Below, one piece after another: positions 45,366 to 55,974 of a stretch of DNA of 64,000 nucleotides. Origin of the DNA: Candidatus Taylorbacteria bacterium RIFCSPLOWO2_01_FULL_48_100 (lineage in GTDB: Bacteria > Patescibacteriota > Minisyncoccia > Phycocordibacterales > UBA10002); assembly GCA_001821135.1 (NCBI GenBank), contig MHSA01000012.1, positions 6,341 through 70,340 on the forward strand, read 5' to 3'. The first letter of the stretch is position 1; the number at the start of each line of letters is the position of its first letter. The notes under the pieces were generated by a model, which saw nothing but the letters and a program-made list of their open reading frames with translations, did not search any database and had not been told where the DNA came from. The translations under genes and the position numbers were made by a program.

Positions 45366-47819
45366 ATGGCGAAAAAAATATCCAAATCTGGAAATAACTT
45401 TCTAACTGAGCGCGAGGGTCAGATTAAATTTTTCGACGATTTCAAGATAAGTGTCGATGTCGAACTTACTCATAATACCGATGGTGTATATAAGGGTACA
45501 TTATTCGAGTTCAAACTCACCGTATCAGACATTAACAAAGCACTTTTTCAAGCCATAAAATATCTCAGTCACAGACGAATTAGAGGTGAACCAGTGCCAG
45601 CGCAGATCTTACTCGTAGCACTCAACGAAGAGAATGCATATTTATTTGATTCTGGCGATTTCCTTACAGAGATTGAAAAGGTTTATGCTGGTGCTGCTAG
45701 TAAAAATAATGCTGATTTTAGCACTAAGATTAAACCGGAAAAAATTGATTACGGTGAGGCATTTGGCCTGCAACATATCAAAAAAATCCTAAACAAAGAA
45801 CACTTCACTAAAATAAATATTGATGTTTTTGATGTTGTCGGTTGGGCAAATCGATTTTACCGAGAAAACCCATCTGCTAGTAAAATCGAACTTTTCAAGG
45901 AGCTGCGTGCACCAAAACATTTTGCAACTTACATTTATCCATGGACAGGCGATGAAAAAGATTTCAAGTACATCATGGACCTTCTCAATGACACGCAACA
46001 CAAAAAAGAACTCGGTGCCTTTTATACACCACCAGCGTATTGTCGCAAAGCCACGGAATTAGTCCGAAAAGCTATTAGGCAAATACCGGTTGGCCACGAT
46101 TACATTATTCTTGATCGATGCGCCGGTACGGGCAATTTGGAAGAATTCTTAACCGATAAAGCGGTAAAAGATATAACTATCGGTGAGTTAAGCCGCTACA
46201 TCGATAACACTCTTAAAATAAAATATCTGCAGGACAAGGCTGATATTATTGCAATATTTTATAACAAGCGAAATTTTAACGAAATCACCGTTGGAGAATT
46301 GGAGAATCACAAAACCGGTCTCTCACTTTACGATTATATTTTTGACGATGAGCTATCTCATACCATCGTCAATACCTACGAGTTAAAAGAATGGATAGTG
46401 TTGAACTGGCGCATAGGAAATCGTGTCAAGCTCATAATTCCACCGCCACAGGAGATTGATAATACTGAATCGTTAGTCGATGGTGGCGATGCACTAAGTG
46501 TGCAATTTGTTACTGGCCAGAAGTCTATCGGTATGACGGATGAATATAATGATAGCATCGATATGCTTTCGGAGTGTGTCAAAAACAAAAAGACAAACAT
46601 TATTTTATATGAAAATCCGCCCTATCGAGATACGACATCTAATACGCATTTAGCAAGTTCTGGGAAAGGCGCGAATTTTGTTAAGGATGAAATGGCATCT
46701 GAAAAGAGGTGGGGTGCTACGCAAAACGATATTGCCAACCAATTTATTTGGTCAGGATGGAAGCATTATCTCACAAAGCCAGATGATTATTTTGTACTTT
46801 TCAGCCCCATAAAGTATTGGAAATCACTTGGTCTTGGTGAAAAGAAATTCATTGACGGCTTTTTGTTTAACCGCCAATTTTTTCATGCTGGTCCTAGTGC
46901 TATCAGTTGTATTTTATGGAACAATACTAACGACAGTCGTGAGTCGTTAACACTTAAAGCTTTTGATATAGACACGAATAACACACCAGAACAAGAAGAC
47001 GACACAATCGTTTATTTCAAAGATATAACAGTCAACAAAGTACATGAATCGTTGAAGCCATATTTTGATAAACGAAGATTTGATGACGATGTCGATATCT
47101 CCGTTGTTGTCGAACTATCTGGTCTTGAATCGTCTAAAAAGATTACAAAAAAACCAATCTACAACAAAAATATAGTCGGCCATATAAGAATCACAAGCTT
47201 CAATCTTGATCCGATAAGCATGTCATTGACTACAGTGGTAACACATAACGGTCTAACGAAGACAATTGGTTTTTATTTGCGTTCTGACAATTTTATTGAA
47301 AAATTACCTCTATTTGCAGCCAAACTGTATCCGCAAAAAAATTGGTATGAGCGCGACACATACTTTACTACAGCCGATGGTGGTGACCGTTATCTAAAAG
47401 ACAAAGATTTTTTGAAAGCATGTTTTATATTTGCTTGTATTAGTCAGCGCAACCATTGTCGGAGCTTCGATGGTAGCGATGGTCGATTTTACAAGAACGA
47501 GCTTTGTTTTGATAAAGGCACGGTGGCAAGTAGCAAACTAAAAAGCTACAAATTTACTAATCAGGAACTGGATTTGATAGATACTTTTACAGATGTGCTT
47601 ACAAAAGCAAAATCTACTAAAGAGTACAACTCAAAGTACACATATGGAACATATCAAATCGACGAAGAACTTAACACTCGCTATAAAAATGATAACGATG
47701 AATGGATCTACGATTATCCGGAACTCAACACGGCGATTAACAGTTTAAAGACGAAATTAGCTAAGTATTATGAGATCGCTATTCAGCCAAAGCTGTTTGA
47801 ATATGAACTACTAAAATAG
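45366..47819 (+). CDS. fused PD-(D/E)xK nuclease / gamma-class N6-adenine DNA methyltransferase / specificity protein (Type IIG/IIL MmeI-like R-M enzyme, or a BREX PglX-like enzyme)
   Basis: N-terminus D...EFK (VDVELTHNTDGVYKGTLFEFK). Methyltransferase motif X (GAFYTPPAY), motif I (ILDRCAGTGNL) and motif IV (ILYENPPYRD). Long C-terminal region. AT-rich. Confidence 0.55.
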   Translation: MAKKISKSGNNFLTEREGQIKFFDDFKISVDVELTHNTDGVYKGTLFEFKLTVSDINKALFQAIKYLSHRRIRGEPVPAQILLVALNEENAYLFDSGDFLTEIEKVYAGAASKNNADFSTKIKPEKIDYGEAFGLQHIKKILNKEHFTKINIDVFDVVGWANRFYRENPSASKIELFKELRAPKHFATYIYPWTGDEKDFKYIMDLLNDTQHKKELGAFYTPPAYCRKATELVRKAIRQIPVGHDYIILDRCAGTGNLEEFLTDKAVKDITIGELSRYIDNTLKIKYLQDKADIIAIFYNKRNFNEITVGELENHKTGLSLYDYIFDDELSHTIVNTYELKEWIVLNWRIGNRVKLIIPPPQEIDNTESLVDGGDALSVQFVTGQKSIGMTDEYNDSIDMLSECVKNKKTNIILYENPPYRDTTSNTHLASSGKGANFVKDEMASEKRWGATQNDIANQFIWSGWKHYLTKPDDYFVLFSPIKYWKSLGLGEKKFIDGFLFNRQFFHAGPSAISCILWNNTNDSRESLTLKAFDIDTNNTPEQEDDTIVYFKDITVNKVHESLKPYFDKRRFDDDVDISVVVELSGLESSKKITKKPIYNKNIVGHIRITSFNLDPISMSLTTVVTHNGLTKTIGFYLRSDNFIEKLPLFAAKLYPQKNWYERDTYFTTADGGDRYLKDKDFLKACFIFACISQRNHCRSFDGSDGRFYKNELCFDKGTVASSKLKSYKFTNQELDLIDTFTDVLTKAKSTKEYNSKYTYGTYQIDEELNTRYKNDNDEWIYDYPELNTAINSLKTKLAKYYEIAIQPKLFEYELLK

Positions 47820-47907
47820 TATAGAAAATCCCACTCTCTTTCAGAAAGTTATCAGATGTTATGCAAAACCCACAATCGGGCAAAAGGTAATCGTTAAAAA
47901 ATTATAA

Positions 47908-47948
47908 CACACACCCGATGTTTGAAGCCCATCAACATCGGGTGTTGT
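47908..47948. repeat. hairpin family Y, copy 4
   Basis: cacccgatgtt-tgaagcccatc-aacatcgggtg; loop sequence identical to copy 1. Confidence 0.55.
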
Positions 47949-47977
47949 GGAATGGATGAATTGCCTAGTTTGATTTC

Positions 47978-48042
47978 ACCTTCAGTTTTGTCTGCCTGTC
48001 CTTGTCTATTTTCGGGAGCTTGATGATGAGGTCATGTTTTTT
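47978..48042. repeat. duplicated fragment of the hsp20 3' end (last ~20 codons plus stop)
   Basis: The reverse complement encodes IIKLPKIDKDRQTKLKVKSN*, matching the hsp20 C-terminus at 48164-48230. The nucleotide repeat is tgtctattttcgggagctt(g/t)atgatgagg. Confidence 0.6.
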
Positions 48043-48163
48043 GTTATCCACATAAAGGGCTTGCGCGATAATCTATCTTGTGTATAATAGTGCTATTAAC
48101 ACCACTGCCCCTGCTCGCAAGAGCAAGGGCAGTTTTGTATATTCGTTTGCGAAAAGATACAAA

Positions 48164-48637
48164 CTAATTACTCCTGACTTTCAGCTTCGTCTGGCGGTCT
48201 TTGTCTATTTTCGGGAGCTTTATGATGAGGAGGCCGTGCTTTTCGGAGGCCTCTGACGCTTCAACATCTATTTCTTGCGGAAGAAGCACTGTGCGCGAGA
48301 ATGAACCCCAGTAGAGCTCTTTGTGGAAAAAGTCCTCGTTTTCAACTTCGTGTGATTCCTCGCGCTTGCCTTTGATGGTTACCATATCGCGCGTAATAGA
48401 CAAATCTAAATCATCCGGCCGCACGCCTGCGACCATTGTTTTTATAATCAAATCATCAGGTGTCTGATACACATCCACGGCAAGCTCGCCATCCTCGCTT
48501 TCGGAGATGAGTTCTTCCGGCACCTCGCTTTTTAATTCTTTTCCATTCTTGCGCGGCACAAGTTTGCGCACGGGCTCCTTCTCTTCTTCAGGAACTGCGC
48601 CCGTGAGCCGTTCAAAAAATGAGCGTTTACGAATCAT
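48164..48637 (-). CDS. Hsp20/alpha-crystallin family small heat shock protein
   Basis: Alpha-crystallin domain (FHKELYWGSFSRTVLLP...IIKLPK). Confidence 0.85.
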   Translation of the reverse strand: MIRKRSFFERLTGAVPEEEKEPVRKLVPRKNGKELKSEVPEELISESEDGELAVDVYQTPDDLIIKTMVAGVRPDDLDLSITRDMVTIKGKREESHEVENEDFFHKELYWGSFSRTVLLPQEIDVEASEASEKHGLLIIKLPKIDKDRQTKLKVRSN

Positions 48638-48683
48638 GGTTGAAAGTATTGTAACATAGACAGTCAAGCGAGTAATCCACAGG

Positions 48684-49364
48684 TTAGCGTGGGAGGCGCT
48701 TCACCTTCTCAAACACCGCAAGCACGACAATAATAGTCGCCCACGCAACTGCAAATGCAATCATCAGCGCGTTGTCTTTTTCGGTATTGATAATCAAATT
48801 AAACGCGGCGTGCAGAGCAACCGCAACGAGCAAGCCAGCAAAAATCGCCGCGTCCTTAATTTTCTTGCTTTTGTAAAAGAAAAACGCGGCGAACGCGCCG
48901 ATAATAGATGATGCGGCAATGTGGAGAAGCGTCGCGCCGATGAAGCGAAGATTCCCCGTGAGCAAGCTTTTGGTAATATCGCCGTTTGCAAGCGGTGCAA
49001 TGAGGAAGAGAGTATTTTCCAGCGCGGCGAAGCCGAGCGCCGCGGTTAGCATATATATCATCGCGTCAATCGGCTCGTCGCAAAATCTCTTGCGTAGCGC
49101 AAGCCACCACGCGAACCCAAACTTGAACACTTCTTCTATTGTCGCCCACAACACAAGCGTCGTGGAAAAAGCGAAACCCATTTTCATAATAGAACGCTCG
49201 GCAAAGTACGCTGTTCCCGCAGCGAGCATTCCACCGATAAAGGTAAGCACGAGCGCGCCGCGCGGTTCCGGATGCAAGCGGTCTTCCTTCAGCCAAAACC
49301 AAAGCCATAGAAGAGCGGGGAGAACGCCGCCAAGAAGAGCATAAAGAAGTGTTGATGCATTCAT
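48684..49364 (-). CDS. PrsW-family intramembrane protease
   Basis: Polytopic membrane protein with EExxK (TIEEVFKFG) and HxxxN (LHAAFNLI) motifs. Confidence 0.55.
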   Translation of the reverse strand: MNASTLLYALLGGVLPALLWLWFWLKEDRLHPEPRGALVLTFIGGMLAAGTAYFAERSIMKMGFAFSTTLVLWATIEEVFKFGFAWWLALRKRFCDEPIDAMIYMLTAALGFAALENTLFLIAPLANGDITKSLLTGNLRFIGATLLHIAASSIIGAFAAFFFYKSKKIKDAAIFAGLLVAVALHAAFNLIINTEKDNALMIAFAVAWATIIVVLAVFEKVKRLPR

Positions 49365-49370
49365 ACTATT

Positions 49371-51446
49371 TTATGCAAGAGACCATTTTTGCACTATAAG
49401 CATACCTTCTTTTTCTTTCGGCTGCTTCCACAACTGCCAAATTTCTTCCGTAATAAACGGCATAAATGGATGGAGGAGTTTCAGTGTGTTTTCTAAAAGG
49501 TAATGAAGTGTCGCGCCTCGCTCCTGCATTGTTTTGCTTTCCTCAATAATTTCGTCTGCGAGGCGATGCCATAGATAATGATAGATTTTTTCGGCGGCGA
49601 GGTGGAAGCGGTACTCCTCCATATCACTGGTGATGTCGCGCGCAAGCGCGTCAAACTCTTTTTTGAGTGCTTCATCTATTTCACCTGTATTTTCGCGCGA
49701 GAGAATATATCGCGCGATATTCCACACCTTGTTTGCAAAGTGTTTATATCCTTTTATTTTATCCTCTGAAATGTTGGTGTCCGTCCCGGGCGTGTTGCCG
49801 ACAATGAGTGCCATTCGCCCCGCATCCGCGCCAAATTTCTTTGCGACATCTATCGGGTCTATGCCGTTGCCGAGGGATTTTGAGAATTTCCTGCCCTGCG
49901 CATCGCGCACAAGGCCGTTCAAATAAACAGTGCGAAACGGAACAACTCCGAGTGCATATTCCGACATCAGAATCATCCGCGCCACCCAGAAAAATAAAAT
50001 ATCAGAACCGGTTTCCAGCACATCAGTCGGATGGTATGTTTCTAAATCCTTTGTTTTCTCAGGCCAACCGAGCGTAGAAAATGTCCAAAGTCCAGATGAG
50101 AACCAAGTGTCCAGAGTATCTTCCTCTCCGTCAATCGGAATCTTGTGCCCGTACCAAATCTGGCGCGAGATGCACCAGTCGCGCAAGTTCTCAATCCAGT
50201 GAAAATATGTTTTCGCAAAGTGTTCAGGAATTATTTTTATCTCACCTTTTTCCACCGGCTCGCGCATAAGCTCTTTCAGCGTTTTATTTCCGCGCACTGG
50301 AATCGGCTTGTTTACATCTATAAACCACTGCAATTTCGGAAGCGGCTCAATGATGCCGCCAGTGCGTTCCGCAGTCGCAATATTGTGCGTAATGTCTTCT
50401 TCCTTTTCTAATAATCCTTTTTCTTTGAGCCATGCGTTCACAATTTCGCGCGCTTCCGTAACCTTCTTACCTTCTACGAGCGCACCCGCATTTTGCATCC
50501 GCGCATATTCATTGATAATGATGCGTGTCTTGTCCAGGCCGTTCCGCTCCGCAATCTCCCAATCCGTCTGGCTATGCGCGGGAGTTATACCAACCGCACC
50601 GGTGCCGAATTCCGGGTCCACTTCCGTGTCTCCTACAACTTTGATGGAAAGCGGAACGCCGGCAAAGTCGGCGAACGCAAATGTCTGCCCGATATATTCC
50701 TTCAACTTTCCATCGGGATGCACCGCAACGCCCGTGTCGCCTAGTTTTGTTTCGGGGCGCGTCGTAGCAATCGGGATAGGGAAGTCCTTCGCGTAGCGAA
50801 AGGTATACAATTTTGTTTTCTGTTCAACATAAACAATCTCATCGTCTGAAATTGTTGTTTGGCCTTTCGGGTCCCAGTTGACAATGCGATTACGGCGGTA
50901 AATAAGCCCATCATCGTGCATCATTTTAAACATCGCACGGACTGCCTCACTGCGTTTTTCATCAAGTGTAAACGCCTCACGCGACCAGTCGCAACTCGCC
51001 CCCATCGCCTTTATTTGTGAGACGATAGTATCGTGGCTCTCTTTTGCAAATTTTTCCACGCGCTTCAGGAATTCATAGCGCCCAAGGTCGTGCCGTGTTT
51101 TCTTTTCTGTTTTATAAATATCTTTCTCAACGCGCGCCTGCGTTGCAATCGCCGCATGGTCGGTGCCTGGAATCCAGAGTGTCTTATATCCGCGCATCCG
51201 TTTGTAGCGCACCAATATATCTTGAATAGTTAGCATCAGCGCGTGCCCCATATGCAACACGCCGGTTACATTCGGCGGAGGCATAATGATAGTGAATGGC
51301 TTCGGTTCCGGAGCTTTGCCCTGCTTCGCCAAGGCTACGGCAGGGTGCGCCTCAGGCGCAAAAAACCCGCTGTCTTCCCACTGCTTGTAAATCCGCGCTT
51401 CGGTATCAGCGGATTGGTACGGCTTCGTGAGTTTTTCGGGCAGCAT
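49371..51446 (-). CDS. valS: valine--tRNA ligase (reduced, no C-terminal coiled coil)
   Basis: HIGH region (PPPNVTGVLHMGHA) and KMSKS region (KFSKSLGN). Editing domain present. Confidence 0.9.
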   Translation of the reverse strand: MLPEKLTKPYQSADTEARIYKQWEDSGFFAPEAHPAVALAKQGKAPEPKPFTIIMPPPNVTGVLHMGHALMLTIQDILVRYKRMRGYKTLWIPGTDHAAIATQARVEKDIYKTEKKTRHDLGRYEFLKRVEKFAKESHDTIVSQIKAMGASCDWSREAFTLDEKRSEAVRAMFKMMHDDGLIYRRNRIVNWDPKGQTTISDDEIVYVEQKTKLYTFRYAKDFPIPIATTRPETKLGDTGVAVHPDGKLKEYIGQTFAFADFAGVPLSIKVVGDTEVDPEFGTGAVGITPAHSQTDWEIAERNGLDKTRIIINEYARMQNAGALVEGKKVTEAREIVNAWLKEKGLLEKEEDITHNIATAERTGGIIEPLPKLQWFIDVNKPIPVRGNKTLKELMREPVEKGEIKIIPEHFAKTYFHWIENLRDWCISRQIWYGHKIPIDGEEDTLDTWFSSGLWTFSTLGWPEKTKDLETYHPTDVLETGSDILFFWVARMILMSEYALGVVPFRTVYLNGLVRDAQGRKFSKSLGNGIDPIDVAKKFGADAGRMALIVGNTPGTDTNISEDKIKGYKHFANKVWNIARYILSRENTGEIDEALKKEFDALARDITSDMEEYRFHLAAEKIYHYLWHRLADEIIEESKTMQERGATLHYLLENTLKLLHPFMPFITEEIWQLWKQPKEKEGMLIVQKWSLA

Positions 51447-51658
51447 ATTCTTATATATTAACAAGAAAAAACCCGCTTTGCACACCCCCGCATTTTAATT
51501 GCGTATTATAAGATAGGTAATTAGTGAATGCGGTGGTGAGAAGTTGCACTTTTATTGTTTTTGTCATAAAGATCCTTTCTGGTATGTGCTAGCATAGTAG
51601 CATACCTATGTCAAGCGTTTTCATTTTGGCGGAAAACAGGCATACTATCCGCACGCGT

Positions 51659-52726
51659 ATGCTTAAGAACTACTGGAACAAAATTAAGAGCAAGTTTTCT
51701 AACGATATTGCGATTGACCTCGGCACTGCGAACACGCTCGTGTATGTGCGCGGGAAGGGAATCGTCATAAACGAGCCGTCGGTGGTCGCCGTGAATCAAA
51801 AAACAAATCAAGTGGTTGCGGTCGGCTCTGCGGCGAAGGAGATGCTCGGCCGCACACCACAGCACATTATTGCGGTGAAGCCGATGGTTGGCGGCGTCAT
51901 TTCGGATTTTGAGGTTACGGAAGAAATGCTTGCGTATCTTTTGCGCCGCGCCGAAGGCGGAAGCCGAAGCATACTTGGACCGCGCGTGATTGTCGGCGTG
52001 CCGGCTGGTGTTACGAATGTTGAAACGCGCGCAGTGCGCGATGCGACCGAAAGCCGCGGCGCGCGCGAAGTGTTTCTTGTGGACGAAGCGCTCGCGGCGG
52101 CGGTTGGTATGCGCCTTCCTATAAAAGAGCCGGTTGGCACGATGGTTGTGGACATTGGCGGCGGCACTTCCGACATCGTAGTCGTTTCTATGGGCGGCAT
52201 CGTGCGCTCAAAGGGGCTTAAGATTGCCGGCGACCGATTCAACAGCGATATCACCAATTTCATTCGTGCTGAACATAAAGTGCTTATTGGCGAAAAGACA
52301 GCGGAGAGCGTAAAAATTGCGCTTGGTTCCGCAATACCACTGCGCGAAGCGCTTCAGACATCCGTGCGAGGTCGCGACATCATTACAGGGCTTCCGCGAG
52401 AAATCGTAGTAACCGACTCGGATGTGCGCGATGCGCTCGCACCGTCGCTGGACATTCTACTTGAGTCAATTCGTGAAGTTCTGGAAGGAACGCCGCCGGA
52501 GCTCGTATCCGACATTATGCGTCGCGGCGTGCATGTGGTCGGAGGCGGTGCTCTTTTACGCGGATTAAGCGAATTGATTGAAGAGCATATGAAGATTCCA
52601 GTGCATATTGGAGAAGAACCGCTTACGGCGGTTGCGCGCGGCGCTGGCATTATCCTTGAACGGCTTGACGAGTTTTCCGATTTACTAACAGAACCCGACT
52701 CCAATGAACTACCTCCTCTGGCATAA
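51659..52726 (+). CDS. mreB: rod shape-determining protein MreB
   Basis: Actin-fold motifs (IAIDLGTANTLVYV, DIGGGTSD). Confidence 0.9.
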   Translation: MLKNYWNKIKSKFSNDIAIDLGTANTLVYVRGKGIVINEPSVVAVNQKTNQVVAVGSAAKEMLGRTPQHIIAVKPMVGGVISDFEVTEEMLAYLLRRAEGGSRSILGPRVIVGVPAGVTNVETRAVRDATESRGAREVFLVDEALAAAVGMRLPIKEPVGTMVVDIGGGTSDIVVVSMGGIVRSKGLKIAGDRFNSDITNFIRAEHKVLIGEKTAESVKIALGSAIPLREALQTSVRGRDIITGLPREIVVTDSDVRDALAPSLDILLESIREVLEGTPPELVSDIMRRGVHVVGGGALLRGLSELIEEHMKIPVHIGEEPLTAVARGAGIILERLDEFSDLLTEPDSNELPPLA

Positions 52727-53480
52727 GCGTACGCGTGCTGGTCTCCTACGCGCTTTGGGTGGCGCGACGGTTGCAGTCGTTGCTATTTTCTTCTTGCAGT
52801 GGCTCGCACCCAATATGCTCGCGCCGTTTGCGGTGCGCATTGCCGAGCCGTTCTTTTTTGTGGAAGCGTCTATCTCGAGCGCAGGTGAAGGTATTTCCGC
52901 ATTTTTCCGCTCGCGCGCTGGTCTCGCGTCAGAAAATGCAGCACTTAAGGAGGCGCTCGCGGACGCGCGCGCCGAGAATGAATTTATGAAAGCGATTTCG
53001 GCAGTACAGAAAGACGGCGCGGTTTTTTCTGGCGTTGGAGAAAATACAATAATCGCGTCAATCCTTTCGCGCCCGCGCTGGAGCGCGTACGATACATTGA
53101 TTATCGGTGCGGGCGTGGCTGGTGGCGTGGAAGTCGGTATGCGCGCGTTCGCGTCTGGGTTTGTAATCGGGGAAGTTGTGGAAGTTGGAAGTCGTACCGC
53201 TTCGGTTTTTCTGTATTCAACGCCGGATAGAAAAGTGGTCGCGCAGATTGCGGGAAAGTTCCCCACAGAACTTGCTGGGAGCGGCGGCGGGACATTTGAG
53301 GCAATCGTTCCGCGTGGACTACCCGTGTCCGTAGGTGACGGCGCGTTCGCTCACGATATTTCTCCGAAATTGTTTGCGATTGTAGATGCAGTTGCCGAAT
53401 CTGGCGAGGGGACAGCAAAAATATATCTACGCCTCCCCATCAACATTTTTGAACTGCGTACAGTGGAGGTTGGTATGTAA
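52704..53480 (+). CDS. mreC: rod shape-determining protein MreC
   Basis: TM helix, coiled coil and beta-domains. Synteny after mreB. Confidence 0.75.
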   Translation: MNYLLWHKRTRAGLLRALGGATVAVVAIFFLQWLAPNMLAPFAVRIAEPFFFVEASISSAGEGISAFFRSRAGLASENAALKEALADARAENEFMKAISAVQKDGAVFSGVGENTIIASILSRPRWSAYDTLIIGAGVAGGVEVGMRAFASGFVIGEVVEVGSRTASVFLYSTPDRKVVAQIAGKFPTELAGSGGGTFEAIVPRGLPVSVGDGAFAHDISPKLFAIVDAVAESGEGTAKIYLRLPINIFELRTVEVGM

Positions 53481-53495
53481 ATACGAAATATCTTT

Positions 53496-53768
53496 ATGTC
53501 TCTCTACCGCATACTCGCAATCATTGTGCTTTTGGTGTCCGCGACTGTGTCACCGCACCCAATCACGCTTGCGCTCGCGGCAATCGGTATTTTTTTGTTT
53601 CCAAGATTTTGGGAAGCGGTTGCGTGTGGTGTATTTTTGGACGCGCTCTACAGCGTGTCGGAACCGCGTTGGTTCGGATTTCAATTCATATATACGGTTA
53701 TAATGCTAGCATTGATTGTCGCAATAGAGCGGTTAAAAAAATCACTGCGATGGTATTCCAGAAATTAA
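53496..53768 (+). CDS. mreD: rod shape-determining protein MreD-like
   Basis: Small polytopic membrane protein positioned between mreC and the PBP2 gene. Confidence 0.5.
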   Translation: MSLYRILAIIVLLVSATVSPHPITLALAAIGIFLFPRFWEAVACGVFLDALYSVSEPRWFGFQFIYTVIMLALIVAIERLKKSLRWYSRN

Positions 53769-55435
53769 AAAAAACAAAAAGGCGAGGAGGAGAAATATCG
53801 CCCGACGAGATTTTTCTTGACGACATTAATCTTCCAAAGTTTGATAAATCGCAACTGGAGGGGCGTATTGAGCGTCCTCTTGGATCTGGCTCTGCGCTTG
53901 CGTTAGGAGCATTTTTCGTTCTCGCGCTATTCGTATTCGGCGGTCGTCTGTGGCAAATTCAGATTACAGAAGGCGAACAATATGCAGAACGGAGCCGCGA
54001 CAATACGCTTAAAACAACGCCGCTTTTCGCGGAACGAGGCGGTATTACAGATAGAAACAGAGAACCGCTCGCGTGGAATACACCCGACCCCGAGCATCAG
54101 GAATTTTTAGCGCGCAGTTATACGGCGCGCGCTGGCTCGGCGCATGTAATTGGTTTTCTCAAATATCCGACCAAGGACTCATCTGGATTTTATTTTCGCA
54201 ATGATTTTAACGGAATTGCCGGCGCTGAACGCGAATATAACGAAGTGCTTTCCGGCGAAAATGGAGTGCGCACAATTGAACTGGATGTGCGAGGAAGCCC
54301 TATTTCAGAGAGTTTAATTAAACCACCGAAACGCGGAAATGATTTACTGCTTTCCGTGGACGCGCGTCTATCCGAAGCATTGTACGGATTTCTGATGGAG
54401 CGCATTCGCGCGGCTCCATTTGAGGGAGGCGCGGCGGCAATTATGGATGTATCAAACGGAGAGATAATAGCACTGACGAGCGCTCCTGAATATGTACCGC
54501 AAGTTCTATCCGACGGCACTGACTCGCGTCGCATAAATGGTTTTGTATCCGACCAGCAGAAGCCGTTTCTGGACCGCTCCGCGGCGGGCTTGTATGCTCC
54601 CGGCTCTGTCGTAAAGCCGCTCCTCGCCGCCGCGGCGCTTGAAGAAAACATCATCTCGCCAGAAAAGAAGATTTTGAGTACGGGCTCCATCTCAATTCCT
54701 AATCCGTACGACCCTACACGCACTTCCGTTTTCAACGACTGGAAGGCGCACGGGTGGGTGGATATGCGCGATGCGCTCGCCGTGTCGTCTGATGTGTATT
54801 TTTATGAAATCGGCGGCGGATTTGAAGATCAAAAAGGACTCGGCATCGCACTCATAGAGAAATACTTTCGCTTGTTCGGCTTAGGCGAAGAACTAGCCGA
54901 CCCGCTTCTTGGGCAAGCGTATGGAACAATTCCAAGTCCCGCATGGAAGAAAATTTCATTTCCAGACGATCCATGGCGTGTTGGCGACACATACAATACA
55001 TCAATCGGACAATACGGAATGTTAACTACGCCTTTGCAAATGCTTCGCGCGATAGGCGCAATTGCAAACGGCGGAAACCTGCTTGAGCCGTCGCTCATTG
55101 CCGGCGAGACGGCGAGTGCGCGCCGAGTGCCCGTGTCGGAAGAACATTTGCGCGTTGCCCGCGAGGGTATGCGCCGCGCCGTAACGTGGGGTACAGCAAG
55201 CGGGCTTTACTTGCCGTTTGTTTCCATAGCGGCAAAAACAGGAACTGCCGAAATAGGTATTGCAAAGAAAAGAGTTCATTCATGGGTAGTCGGTTTCTTC
55301 CCGAGCACAGCGCCGCGCTATGCGTTTGTCGCGCTTTTGGAAAAAGGACCGAGCGCAAACACAATCGGCGGCGTGTATGTAATGCGGCAATTTTTTGAGT
55401 GGCTCTATGCAACTGCGCCGGAGTATCTGAAATAA
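53750..55435 (+). CDS. mrdA: penicillin-binding protein 2 (elongasome transpeptidase)
   Basis: TM anchor, dimerisation domain, and transpeptidase motifs (SVVKP, SSD, KTGTA). Confidence 0.85.
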   Translation: MVFQKLKKTKRRGGEISPDEIFLDDINLPKFDKSQLEGRIERPLGSGSALALGAFFVLALFVFGGRLWQIQITEGEQYAERSRDNTLKTTPLFAERGGITDRNREPLAWNTPDPEHQEFLARSYTARAGSAHVIGFLKYPTKDSSGFYFRNDFNGIAGAEREYNEVLSGENGVRTIELDVRGSPISESLIKPPKRGNDLLLSVDARLSEALYGFLMERIRAAPFEGGAAAIMDVSNGEIIALTSAPEYVPQVLSDGTDSRRINGFVSDQQKPFLDRSAAGLYAPGSVVKPLLAAAALEENIISPEKKILSTGSISIPNPYDPTRTSVFNDWKAHGWVDMRDALAVSSDVYFYEIGGGFEDQKGLGIALIEKYFRLFGLGEELADPLLGQAYGTIPSPAWKKISFPDDPWRVGDTYNTSIGQYGMLTTPLQMLRAIGAIANGGNLLEPSLIAGETASARRVPVSEEHLRVAREGMRRAVTWGTASGLYLPFVSIAAKTGTAEIGIAKKRVHSWVVGFFPSTAPRYAFVALLEKGPSANTIGGVYVMRQFFEWLYATAPEYLK

Positions 55436-55497
55436 TTATTTTAATTTTCCTGTTTTTGGTGTACTATGTACTTATTAAAAATTCGTTTTAATTTTTT

Positions 55498-55968
55498 ATG
55501 GCTGACACTGTCGTTCGTTTGACGAAAGAAAAGTTTGATGAGCTGTCGCAGGAGCTTGCGTCGCTTCAGACAGCGCGCCGCAAAGAAGTAGCGGAGAATC
55601 TTGAATATGCGAAGTCACTCGGCGACCTCTCCGAAAACGCCGAGTACCACGAGGCGCGCGCGACTCAGGCGCAGTTAGAAGACCGCATTGCAAAGCTGGA
55701 TTATCTATTAAAAAGCGCTACAATCGTGGAAGGCCGCAAGGCGGGCGATGCAATAGGCATCGGCTCCTCGGTGCTATTGCGGCGCGAAAAAGACAGTAAG
55801 GAGCTTACATACAAAATAGTAGGTTCGGAGGAGGGTGACATCACTGCCGGGCGCGTTTCTGCGGACTCACCGCTCGCGCAAGCGATGACTGGTAAAAAAA
55901 TCGGCAATACTTTCTTGGTCAAAACCCCTGCCGGCGAGAGTAAGTATGAAATATTGAAAATTGAATAA
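55498..55968 (+). CDS. greA: transcription elongation factor GreA
   Basis: N-terminal coiled coil (LSENAEYHEAR) and FKBP-like C-terminal domain. Confidence 0.9.
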   Translation: MADTVVRLTKEKFDELSQELASLQTARRKEVAENLEYAKSLGDLSENAEYHEARATQAQLEDRIAKLDYLLKSATIVEGRKAGDAIGIGSSVLLRREKDSKELTYKIVGSEEGDITAGRVSADSPLAQAMTGKKIGNTFLVKTPAGESKYEILKIE

Positions 55969-55974
55969 GTTTTC

